63,760 nt of DNA, filler included, from 9 parts of 9 records of this genome joined end to end with filler, not necessarily neighbours in it; one strand, 5' to 3'; positions 11,484 to 20,234 are shown, counted from the first letter of the whole stretch. A program made the numbers and translations. Notes: generated by a model from the letters alone, not told the origin.

Positions 11484-14086
11484 TGAGAGGACTAAATATA
11501 AAATCGATCAATTTCTTTCATCATAATTGCAACCTTTTATGGGGTTTAGTATGGATAGGACTTCTTTGTGTTATGCCTTTATGTGCACAAAGTAATCGTA
11601 AAACCATGACCCCAGAAGATTATGATAAATGGTATCGTTTTAACTCTTTAGGGTTTGCTTCAGAGGGGAAATGGGTATTATTTAAAAAGTCTTATACAGA
11701 TCAACCAGATTCATTATTTGTAAAAGAAATAATAGGAGATAGGCTTTACGCAATTGAAGATTGCGGTCAGTTAGCTTATGTTGGAAATAAGATAGTTATT
11801 GGACATTGTGCGAATGGGAGGTATCAAATACTACATCTGGCATCGGGAAGAATGGAAAAAATGAATGCAGATAAAGTAGAAGTAAGTTTAAATGAGGATT
11901 ACCTTATGATGTATCATAAACAAAAGAAGGAACTGATTATTAGAAATCTTTCAAATGGTAAAAACGCATTTTTTTTTAATGTTTATGACTATTCCCATAA
12001 TCCAAAATCCAATGCCATTGCAATTATGAGCCGTGAATCTACAGAGAATCAACTAACCTTGGTATTTTTAAACAAAACGCTTAAAGAGGTTGTCTTATTG
12101 GAGAATTCTTCTCGCAAAGTTGTCGAACTCACATGGAATGCAGCGGGAGATGGTGTGGCCTTTTCGATGACTTCTAGTGAATCAGAAGGAGAATATGAAG
12201 ATGTAGGGGAGCTATGCTTCTATAAGATAACTAAGGAAAAGATGATGCGTATAGATTTGAATAATTGGGGTGGTTTTCCAAGTGATAAGAAGTTGGTAAG
12301 CACATGGGTTTTGCCGCTAAGGATTACCCCAGATGACAATAGGATATTATTTGCTTTTAAACGCAAACAACCTGTCGAAATGAAGGAGCTTCCAGAGGTC
12401 TGGAAAGCCGGTGATCCATATATCTATAAAGGAATGACTTATAGGATGCATTGGCAAAATACAGCCAAGTTAGGGATATGGGATGTAAAAACCAATCGTT
12501 TTATTAAGGTTACTGATACACTTTATCCTCAGTCGCTTATTAATAAAGATGCATCTTTAGCCTTGCTGTACAATCCGGCAACTTATCAACCTCAATCCAT
12601 GTCGAAGCCACCTATTGACCTCTATATAGCAGATTTGAAAAAGGAGAGGAAAACATTGTTTTTAAAACGTCAGCTGCATGAAACATCAAAAGTTTCCTTT
12701 AGCCCCTCTGGACGTTATATTCAATACTTCAGAGAAAAGGGGTGGTGGCTTTACGATTCTAAAACAGATGTTCATGTTAATTTATGTAAGAAATTTGAAA
12801 ATACTCAATTAATTGATTATGATGAATTAACTCCGTTATTATGGAGCAAAGATGAAGATACTTTATTTATGCAGGGAAGTTACGATTTATGGGAAGTTCC
12901 TATTGGAAATGGAGAGGTGAAGTCTTTAACGAATGGGAGGAAAAAGGGAGTTCATTATCATGTACTTACCAAGCCTACTGTTTACCAAAAACGACCTCAA
13001 TCATTATATTTTAATCGACAAACTCAATCGTTGATATTCTCTGTAAAAAAAGGGGATAGTATGGGTTATGCGATATTAAGACCGCAAAAAAAACTACAAG
13101 ATATAAGTCTTAGTGAAAATTATGTTCGTGATCCATTTCTATCTGAAGATGAACGATACTTTAGTTTTAGAATGGAGCGTAACGACCAGCCCTCTAAATT
13201 AATGATTTATGACCTGAGTTCAGATCGTTTACAAACATTGTTTCAGAGCAATCCTCATTATAAGAATTATAAACAAGGGCGCTCCAAAAAGGTTTTTTAT
13301 CGCAATAAAGATGGTCTCTTACTCTCAGGGATTCTTCGTTTTCCGACGGACTATAAGAAGGATTCACTATATCCCATGATTGTACGTGTTTATGAAAAAC
13401 AGGGATATAAGCGTTTTCAATATGTAAATCCTACCATGTACAATGGCTCAGGATTTAATAGTAAAAATTATGTTAACAATGGTTATTTTGTATTTCTACC
13501 AGATATTTCTTATACCATAGGGGAACCTGGCTTTTCAGCAGCAGATTGTATTATATCAGGTACCAAAGCTGCATTGAAGGAAGCTTCTATTGATCCTGAT
13601 AGAATTGGGTTGATAGGACACTCATATGGAGGGTTTGAAACGTTGTTTACCATAACTCAAACTGATTTTTTTGCTACTGCTATTGCCAGTGCTGGTGTAA
13701 CCGATATGGTACGGGGGTATTTAGGTCTTCAGGATCGGATTCTACTTAGTTATGATATGTATGAACATTTTCAACACCGCATGGGAGTTTCTTTATTTGA
13801 GGATTACCAAGGATATTTGGATAACTCTCCTATATATCATGCCACCAAAATTCATACACCTTTTTTATTGTGGTCGGGTAAAGAGGATTATCATGTGAAT
13901 TACCATCAGAGTATATCCTTTCATTTGGCCATGAAAAGGCTAGGAAAACCAAACAGTTTACTTTTATACCCTCAAGAAGGGCACGTCCTAGGGCGTCCTG
14001 AAAGTCAAAAAGATATTACTATAAAAACCGAGCAATGGTTTGCATATTATTTGAAAGAAGGGATAAAATACGATTGGATGCCGTAA
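11483..14086 (+). CDS. Secreted S9-family serine peptidase with a large beta-propeller region
   Basis: Nucleophile motif GHSYGG, then KEDYHV (Asp) and EGHV (His); signal-peptide-like N-terminus; ATG overlaps the SusD stop (TGATG). Confidence 0.92.
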   Translation: MRGLNIKSINFFHHNCNLLWGLVWIGLLCVMPLCAQSNRKTMTPEDYDKWYRFNSLGFASEGKWVLFKKSYTDQPDSLFVKEIIGDRLYAIEDCGQLAYVGNKIVIGHCANGRYQILHLASGRMEKMNADKVEVSLNEDYLMMYHKQKKELIIRNLSNGKNAFFFNVYDYSHNPKSNAIAIMSRESTENQLTLVFLNKTLKEVVLLENSSRKVVELTWNAAGDGVAFSMTSSESEGEYEDVGELCFYKITKEKMMRIDLNNWGGFPSDKKLVSTWVLPLRITPDDNRILFAFKRKQPVEMKELPEVWKAGDPYIYKGMTYRMHWQNTAKLGIWDVKTNRFIKVTDTLYPQSLINKDASLALLYNPATYQPQSMSKPPIDLYIADLKKERKTLFLKRQLHETSKVSFSPSGRYIQYFREKGWWLYDSKTDVHVNLCKKFENTQLIDYDELTPLLWSKDEDTLFMQGSYDLWEVPIGNGEVKSLTNGRKKGVHYHVLTKPTVYQKRPQSLYFNRQTQSLIFSVKKGDSMGYAILRPQKKLQDISLSENYVRDPFLSEDERYFSFRMERNDQPSKLMIYDLSSDRLQTLFQSNPHYKNYKQGRSKKVFYRNKDGLLLSGILRFPTDYKKDSLYPMIVRVYEKQGYKRFQYVNPTMYNGSGFNSKNYVNNGYFVFLPDISYTIGEPGFSAADCIISGTKAALKEASIDPDRIGLIGHSYGGFETLFTITQTDFFATAIASAGVTDMVRGYLGLQDRILLSYDMYEHFQHRMGVSLFEDYQGYLDNSPIYHATKIHTPFLLWSGKEDYHVNYHQSISFHLAMKRLGKPNSLLLYPQEGHVLGRPESQKDITIKTEQWFAYYLKEGIKYDWMP

Positions 14087-14101
14087 GTGATGAATTAAAG
14101 T

Positions 14102-14142
14102 AAATAGGGTGGCTCATTTTAGAGCCACCCTATTTTTTTTTA
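14102..14142. terminator. Intrinsic terminator between the convergent units
   Basis: Perfect 14-bp stem AAATAGGGTGGCTC/GAGCCACCCTATTT with a long T-run on the + strand. Confidence 0.9.
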
Positions 14143-14146
14143 GAAT

Positions 14147-14431
14147 CTATGGTTGTTCAGGTCTATAAAGTTGAACAGTACATTGATTCCCCTCTTCTAA
14201 AAATAGCGGGGTACCATCTTCTTCATAATTGACTGTACAAATATAATCTGTTTCTACAGTTGAACAATCATCTGCTTGTTGGCATGATGTTCCTGCGGGA
14301 TTTAATTTAATATGCCCCTGAACAATTGCTGCGTCTTTAGCCTTTAAACTCATTGCATGTGTTGAAAAGGCTCCGATGGTTGCTATGGCAAAAATAAAAG
14401 CCGGCAACCATTTTCTTGAAATTGTTTTCAT
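14147..14431 (-). CDS. Small secreted 4-Cys peptide (resembles DUF6520 family)
   Basis: 94 aa; Sec signal ending in THA; Cys50/56/65/84; A-rich Bacteroidota-type initiation region. The family name is from recollection, not a search. Confidence 0.8.
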   Translation of the reverse strand: MKTISRKWLPAFIFAIATIGAFSTHAMSLKAKDAAIVQGHIKLNPAGTSCQQADDCSTVETDYICTVNYEEDGTPLFLEEGNQCTVQLYRPEQP

Positions 14432-14452
14432 ATTTTTTGTATTTAAAGTTAT

Positions 14453-14491
14453 GATCTACTCTTTTTTACAGGTTTTCGATCTTACCCCTGT
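14453..14491 (-). promoter_or_regulatory. Candidate H-type pseudoknot in the leader of the peptide gene
   Basis: ACAGG-GGUAA-GAUC-GAAAA-CCUGU-AAAAAAGAGUA-GAUC: stem 1 ACAGG/CCUGU; the loop GAUC can pair with the downstream GAUC. Confidence 0.4.
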
Positions 14492-15922
14492 CATCGCGAT
14501 ATATTTGTATGTGTATCTCCATGAAGCATATTTTTAAGGTCATATTGGACTAATTTATTCCCGATAAAACCATAAAAAATAGATTCCTTTATGAAAAAAT
14601 GTCTTAGGGGTTTCCCTTGTTCTTTATAGATGTAAAAACTGGTTTGATAATTTCCATTTAAGATGTTATATACATCTATTGTTTGAGTTTGCTTCCATGT
14701 CTTTTCTGCCTCATATCTTCCTTTGATTTGAGAACGTATATATAAAAAGCCATTATAAGTATAGCTTGCAGGATTAACCATCATGGAGGCAATCAATTTT
14801 AGTTGTTGAGGATTCGATGTGGAGTCTATAATTAAGTTGGGCTTAGAAATGGTGTCAATTGTATGAGCTGTTATAATGTTGTTAAGTTTCTCACTCATTA
14901 CCAAAAATTTATTTTTATAGAAATAAGTATAGGATACGTGATTGGTAAGACCATCGTATGTAATACTACCATCGGCATTAAATATTTCGTCAGACTCATT
15001 ATTCAAAAGATGCGGTACAATTTGATAGGGTAGTGAATCCTTTATATAGAGGTAGCCAAGGTCACTTTTCTGGGATTGAGAATTCAAGGTTTTAAATAGT
15101 AATGTGTTATCATTAGTTAGTTGGTAATTTGAAAAGTTGATATTACCTTGGTATTGCGAGTCTACTTCCCAATTCGTTGTAGTTCCTTTTAATATCATAG
15201 AAATTTGACCATCTATTAAAAAGAAATAAGGAGGCTGGACTCTGACTTGAGCTGCAATGGATGGTAAATTATTATTACTGATTTGAATCTTAATGGTTTT
15301 CACAGTAGCTGTTTGTAGGTTTATTCGTTTTACAATGAGTGGACTACTATAATTTCCCAGATAAATATGTTGCTTACTTGAACCAGCAAAATAAAAAGCA
15401 TCTCCGTTTAAATTTATATTAGCAATCTTTGGAATATTATATGAGTATCGACGAATAAAAGGATTTTCTTCGTATATAATTCGCTCTGAGGTTAGAAATA
15501 ACACGGTGACCGTACCAACACTTAGAAGTGAGATTACGGAAGCTATTACATAAAAAGCATACTTGTTCTTACTTTTAGAATCTCTTTTTTTGTGAAAATG
15601 AATGGCTAAAAAAGCAAATAAGGTAAATACTATATTAAAAATAAGGTGCGCCTTCCATCCCATTTTTTCCAGCACACCACCACAGGAACAGGGGATATTA
15701 GAAGCGTGGTTTAAAATGATATAAATATAGGTGCTAAACATGACCATTAAGGCTAATGATGCCAACAGACCTATATAACGTGTGTTTTTATATAGAAGTA
15801 GAAGAGCCGTTAAAATTTCAGATATAGGAACAATCCACACTAGCCAACCGGCATAGGCACTCAGCATCGGTGCTTGCCCAATTTGAATACGGAAATTTTC
15901 AAAATCCAACAGTTTAGTGAGT
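14491..15922 (-). CDS. MauE/DoxX-family membrane redox protein fused to a ~330-aa soluble domain, 5'-truncated
   Basis: Frame is open to the contig edge (TKLLDFENF); several TM segments; IPCSCGGVLEKMGWKAHLIFN motif typical of MauE/DoxX. Confidence 0.88.
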
Positions 15923-16022
15923 NNNNNNNNNNNNNNNNNNNNNNNNNNNNNNNNNNNNNNNNNNNNTTAATTAATTAANNNNNNNNNNNNNNNNNNNNNN
16001 NNNNNNNNNNNNNNNNNNNNNN
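15923..16022. other. Artificial contig linker
   Basis: Same 100-bp linker; abrupt AT-rich to GC-rich shift across it. Confidence 0.98.
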
Positions 16023-16622
16023 CCGATCCCCGAAGTGATCCGGGGCATCAACGCCTTCACAATTGCCCTGCGGTCGGTCAATCCGGAAGCCGAGGTCAAG
16101 GTTGTCTGGGTGAATTCCTGGTATGATCCGGGCAAGGAAGGCGATGCCGCCAAGGCGCTGATCGATCAGGGCGCGGACATCATCCTGCAGCACACCGACT
16201 CCCCGTCTCCGCTCCAGGTCGCCGAATCCCGTGGCGTTTACGGCTTCGGCCAGGCCTCGGACATGGTCAAGTTCGCGCCGAAAGCCCAGCTTTCCGCCAT
16301 CATCGACAATTGGGACGGCTATTACGTCGAACGGGCCAAAGCCGTGATGGACGGCACCTGGGAATCCCAGGACACCTGGGGCGGCCTGAAATCCGGCATG
16401 GTAGAGATGGCACCGTTCAACGATGTTATCCCCGCCGATGTGCAGAAGCTTGCCAACGACGCGATCGCGGGTCTCAAGGACGGCTCCATCCACGCATTTG
16501 ATGGACCGATCAAGGATCAGAGCGGCGCCGTGAAGGTCAAGAAAGGCGAAATGCTCGACGATGGCGCTTTGCTCGGCATGAACTGGTATGTCGAAGGTGT
16601 TCAGGGCAAGATCCCGAACTAA
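16023..16622 (+). CDS. BMP-family ABC transporter substrate-binding protein, 5'-truncated
   Basis: RGINAF, WVNSWYDPGKE, GADIILQHTDS and MNWYVEGV. Confidence 0.9.
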   Translation, partial: PIPEVIRGINAFTIALRSVNPEAEVKVVWVNSWYDPGKEGDAAKALIDQGADIILQHTDSPSPLQVAESRGVYGFGQASDMVKFAPKAQLSAIIDNWDGYYVERAKAVMDGTWESQDTWGGLKSGMVEMAPFNDVIPADVQKLANDAIAGLKDGSIHAFDGPIKDQSGAVKVKKGEMLDDGALLGMNWYVEGVQGKIPN

Positions 16623-16641
16623 CGCGACCAACGAAACACCG

Positions 16642-16677
16642 AAACGGCCCCGCCCGTACCCGGCGCGGGGCCGTTTT
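16642..16677 (+). terminator. Intrinsic terminator
   Basis: AAACGGCCCCGC/GCGGGGCCGTTT stem with a T-rich tail. Confidence 0.8.
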
Positions 16678-16696
16678 CATTTTGAAAGGCTTTTCC

Positions 16697-17425
16697 ATGA
16701 CTCCAGAAGAAATTCGGGACCGGGTAGTGCATCGGGACGGGCTGATTCTGGTTATCGACAAGCCTGCGGGGTTGCCTGTCCATGACGGACCCGGCGGCGG
16801 GGATAATCTCGAAGCCTATTTCAAGCACCTGACATACGGCATTCAGCATACCCCGGCACTCGGGCACCGGCTGGACCGAGACACCAGCGGCTGTCTCGTC
16901 CTGGGACGCAATCCGAAAGGATTGAAGAAGCTTGGGAAACTGTTCCGGGAAGGCCTTGTCGAGAAAACCTATTGGGCCATCACCAAAGGCGTCCCGAAGG
17001 AACCGGAAGGCCGCATCGAGCTCCCCTTGAGAAAAGTCACCAGCAAAGACAAGGGCTGGCGGATGGTGGTGGACAGGAAAGACGGGCAGGAAAGCATCAC
17101 CGATTATCGCGTCGTGAGCTCTGCGAATGGCCTGTGCTTCATCGAATGCTTCCCGCGCACCGGCCGGACGCACCAGATCCGCGTCCACCTGGCCTCCATC
17201 GGCTGCCCGATCATAGGAGACCCGCTCTATGGCGCGGAGGAAGGTGGAGAAGACGGAGAACCTCTGCAACTCCACTCCCGCGCCCTGCGTCTGCCGATGC
17301 AACAGAGCAAACCGCCCGTCTATGCGGAAGCACCGCCGCCAGAATATATGCGCTTGTATCTGGAACGCCTCGGTATAGATCCCGCCTCTGTCGTTCGAAG
17401 CACGTCGACGAACGCAGAAGGTTGA
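16697..17425 (+). CDS. RluA-family pseudouridine synthase
   Basis: IDKPAGL, HRLDRDTSG, GRTHQIRVH, IIGDPLYG and LHS motifs. Confidence 0.94.
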   Translation: MTPEEIRDRVVHRDGLILVIDKPAGLPVHDGPGGGDNLEAYFKHLTYGIQHTPALGHRLDRDTSGCLVLGRNPKGLKKLGKLFREGLVEKTYWAITKGVPKEPEGRIELPLRKVTSKDKGWRMVVDRKDGQESITDYRVVSSANGLCFIECFPRTGRTHQIRVHLASIGCPIIGDPLYGAEEGGEDGEPLQLHSRALRLPMQQSKPPVYAEAPPPEYMRLYLERLGIDPASVVRSTSTNAEG

Positions 17426-17546
17426 TACCGATAGCAACCCTCTTTAGCTGAACCTCCTCCTGCTGCTTCTCACAATCGCCAGGGTGACAATCAAGGCCAT
17501 GGCAGATAGAGTGACCGCACTAGGCTCATAGCCAAAGGAAAGCTTC

Positions 17547-17852
17547 ATGGATATCAACAGCACCACCGCCTCCCAGAATATTGCGCGTACGCAGGCCAAG
17601 CCGGTTCAGCGCAACGAAGGCCAGCAGGCAGCAGGTCAAACGCAGGGTGCAGCCGGGGCCGTATCTGTATCCGTGACCGGTGAGAGCCGGCAGGCGTCCG
17701 AGCTTGGCGAAAGCGTGAACGACAACCTCTCTGGCGAGGAGGCGCTCGCACTTGCCGGAAGTATTGCCGAGCAACTTGCCAACCTGCCGGGCGACACGGG
17801 TATCGTCAGTAACCCTGCCCTGCTTGAAGAAGCCGCACGCGGCGCCAGCTAA
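17547..17852 (+). CDS. Hypothetical Ala/Gln/Ser-rich protein
   Basis: 101-aa ORF with an AAGGA RBS and coding-like composition. Confidence 0.65.
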   Translation: MDINSTTASQNIARTQAKPVQRNEGQQAAGQTQGAAGAVSVSVTGESRQASELGESVNDNLSGEEALALAGSIAEQLANLPGDTGIVSNPALLEEAARGAS

Positions 17853-17936
17853 GAGCCTGGCACGCCGCTTGACGAAGTTGATCTCTGGGCTTCGTCATTC
17901 GACAGGATGATGTTTCAGGAACTTGATAGAATTAAA

Positions 17937-17958
17937 AAGGGCGCCATATGGCGCCCTT
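17937..17958. terminator. Bidirectional terminator
   Basis: Perfect 22-bp palindrome AAGGGCGCCATATGGCGCCCTT flanked by A- and T-rich tracts between convergent genes. Confidence 0.8.
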
Positions 17959-17982
17959 CTGTTTTGCGGTTTGACCTCAACA

Positions 17983-18402
17983 TCAGGCTTCTTGATTTTC
18001 CAGCTCTTTTCTGGCGGCGTCGGCGATCATTCGCTCTCTGACCTCCTCCATAATCTCTTCCCTCAGCGCAGCCTTTTCCTTCGGAGGAAGGGCATCATAC
18101 TGCTCCTGGGTCAGACCTTTATCCTTCAGAATGGCGTCAAAATACCGTTCTTCAGGAGTCTTGTGCAGATAGTCGAGTAATGCCGTTACAACGGCTGACT
18201 GCCCGGTATCCGCATTCGCGGTACCGGCCGCAGCCGCGCCTGCCGTTGACGCGCTTTCTTCTTCTATTTCTGAACTGTAGACACCGTTGAAAGCCTTGGT
18301 GAACCCGCTCATGCTTGAAATGCCGAGCTTTTGCGGCGCCTTGCTCTTCAGCTGAGCGCTATCACTTTCTGCATAGCTTCCCGTATAGATGATTGCTTCC
18401 AT
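17983..18402 (-). CDS. Hypothetical protein with an acidic helical C-terminus
   Basis: AAGGAG RBS before ATG 18402; C-terminal DYLHKTPEER...GLTQEQYDALPP helical segment. Confidence 0.75.
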   Translation of the reverse strand: MEAIIYTGSYAESDSAQLKSKAPQKLGISSMSGFTKAFNGVYSSEIEEESASTAGAAAAGTANADTGQSAVVTALLDYLHKTPEERYFDAILKDKGLTQEQYDALPPKEKAALREEIMEEVRERMIADAARKELENQEA

Positions 18403-18439
18403 TGCTTCGCTCCTTGGTTGGAAGACCGAAGATTTGGCA

Positions 18440-18455
18440 TGCAATAAGCGTACCC
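18440..18455 (-). promoter_or_regulatory. Putative sigma54 (-24/-12) promoter
   Basis: GGGTACGCTTATTGCA versus consensus TGGCACGNNNNTTGCW; exact GG-N10-GC spacing. Confidence 0.55.
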
Positions 18456-18465
18456 GGAGAGCCGA

Positions 18466-18975
18466 TTAAAAGTGCGGCCATAGCATGCGGGAAACGGCGA
18501 AGGTCGCCATCTCCACATAAAACAACATGAAGCCAAGCATGATGTAGCGATGCACATCACTGGTGAAGCGTGACTTCTGCGCCATTGCCATCCGGGTAAG
18601 CTCATCAAAATGGACGCGCATGAAAGTCTGTTTTTTCGCCTCTGAGCTTTGCCAGCTTTGCAGCATCAGAATTGTGCCGACGGTCGCCAGGCTGAAAACC
18701 CAGACCAGATAAAACAAGAATCGGACCAGACTGACATCACCCCAGCGGAGCCAGACACCAACAGCGACCACACCAACGCATAGCGCGGAGAAATATATCA
18801 GCGTGTGCCATTGCTGCGCCTTGGCAAACCTGATGTTCGCCGATGCGTCCGTATAGAGGGCAAGAAATTCCTGCCGTGTTTCTGAATCGATGTCCGGATG
18901 AGTGTCGTGATGGGCGGCCGGCCCGCGTGCGCGTTTCGGGTTCTGTGGGTCCGCTCTGGACAGTCCGTCAGCCAT
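18466..18975 (-). CDS. Hypothetical membrane protein (about 3 TM)
   Basis: 169 aa with three hydrophobic segments; GGAGG RBS. Confidence 0.75.
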   Translation of the reverse strand: MADGLSRADPQNPKRARGPAAHHDTHPDIDSETRQEFLALYTDASANIRFAKAQQWHTLIYFSALCVGVVAVGVWLRWGDVSLVRFLFYLVWVFSLATVGTILMLQSWQSSEAKKQTFMRVHFDELTRMAMAQKSRFTSDVHRYIMLGFMLFYVEMATFAVSRMLWPHF

Positions 18976-19025
18976 GGAAGATCCTCCAGCTTGCCTGCCT
19001 CACACGGATTATGCGCTTTGGTTTG

Positions 19026-19457
19026 TTATTGAATCAACTCTTTAGGGTCTAAAAACGGACAGGGTTTAAGGATTACTTGCATCTCCCCCTCCCGGACCAG
19101 CTCAGGCTCGCCACCGCGCTTGATCAGGTAGGTCCGGCGTGGTTCAGGCGCAGACCATGTCAGCACCTGATCGACTTCCAGACGGTCGCCGGAGATCCGA
19201 TAGCTGGATCTCCCCATCTCCAGAACGCGCACACCGGAGAGCGTGCCATGCCTGGGAAGAACACGCACATATACCCCCTGATGGAACACCATAACCGCCG
19301 TACCGCTGCATTTCGGCTGACCGTCCGGACCGGCGATGCCCCACACCCCTTCCACCTTCTGCTCTGCCCCGGAAGTTACGGCCGAAACGGCAGCACCTGA
19401 AAGGCAGAGCGCTAAAGCGAGTATGATCAGCAGCGCCGGTGACCGGCCGTGTTCCAT
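19026..19457 (-). CDS. Hypothetical secreted protein
   Basis: Signal-peptide-like N-terminus; starts 3 nt after the ECH stop. Confidence 0.7.
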   Translation of the reverse strand: MEHGRSPALLIILALALCLSGAAVSAVTSGAEQKVEGVWGIAGPDGQPKCSGTAVMVFHQGVYVRVLPRHGTLSGVRVLEMGRSSYRISGDRLEVDQVLTWSAPEPRRTYLIKRGGEPELVREGEMQVILKPCPFLDPKELIQ

Positions 19458-19460
19458 GGC

Positions 19461-20234
19461 TCAGGCAGCGCCTTTCTTGCTCGCCAGGAAAGCCTGCATC
19501 ATGGCTTGCGGCTCACCTGTTTCGTAAGCGGCGGCAAAAGCCTCTATCCCGGCTTCGATCCCCTCTTCCAGCGACTCTTCTTCCCAGACCTTGAGAAGCT
19601 GCTTCTGGATGCGGATCGCCGCCGGACCGGCCTTGGCGATTTCGGACGCCATCTCGTCGGCGATCTCGAACAGCGACTCGCTCGTCACCATACGCTCGAT
19701 GAAACCCCAGTCGCGGGCCGTCCGGACGTCAATAGTGGCACCCGTATAAATCAGGTACGACGCCTTGCCCCAGCCGATCAGACGCGGCAGCAGGGCCGCC
19801 TCGATTACCGACGGGATGCCGACCTTCACTTCCGGCATGCCGAACTTTGCATTCTCGCCAGCAATCCGCATATCGCAGGCGGCCGCGACTTCCATGCCCG
19901 CGCCCAGGCAATAGCCGTCAATGGCGGCTATCACCGGCACCCGGCATTCCCGGATTGCCTTCATCAGGCCGTGCAGGCGGGAGATGAACGCTTCCGCACT
20001 GTCCGCATCGCACGCCGCCATCTCGTTGATGTCGGCACCGCCGATGAAGGCCTTGTGCCCGGCACCGCGCAGGATTACCGCGCGAACGCTGTCATCCGCC
20101 TCCAGAGCGGTTATCGCCCCGGTCAGAGCTTCGATCCCCTCCGAGCCAACGATATTGATCTTGGCGCTATTCTCCCAAGTGATCGTGACGACAGTTCCCG
20201 TGCCACGTTCCTTGCGACCGATTTCAACCGGCAT
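19461..20234 (-). CDS. Enoyl-CoA hydratase/isomerase family protein
   Basis: AFIGGADI, IAAIDGYCLGAGMEVAAACD and FGMPEVKVG; start set at ATG 20234. Confidence 0.92.
   Translation of the reverse strand: MPVEIGRKERGTGTVVTITWENSAKINIVGSEGIEALTGAITALEADDSVRAVILRGAGHKAFIGGADINEMAACDADSAEAFISRLHGLMKAIRECRVPVIAAIDGYCLGAGMEVAAACDMRIAGENAKFGMPEVKVGIPSVIEAALLPRLIGWGKASYLIYTGATIDVRTARDWGFIERMVTSESLFEIADEMASEIAKAGPAAIRIQKQLLKVWEEESLEEGIEAGIEAFAAAYETGEPQAMMQAFLASKKGAA

Noticed and set aside
7289-14086. Ordinary polysaccharide utilisation locus
   Set aside because: No CAZyme or sugar regulator is visible and the only enzyme is a peptidase. Caveat: the region upstream of susC is missing.
14453-14491. Calling the element a preQ1-I riboswitch
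   Set aside because: The stem-loop plus A-rich tail is superficially similar, but the loop lacks the typical preQ1-I sequence and there is no queuosine gene context.
14431-14493. Stop-codon readthrough fusing the MauE protein to the peptide via the pseudoknot
   Set aside because: An in-frame TAA follows two codons after the TGA, and the peptide ATG is out of frame (59-nt spacer).
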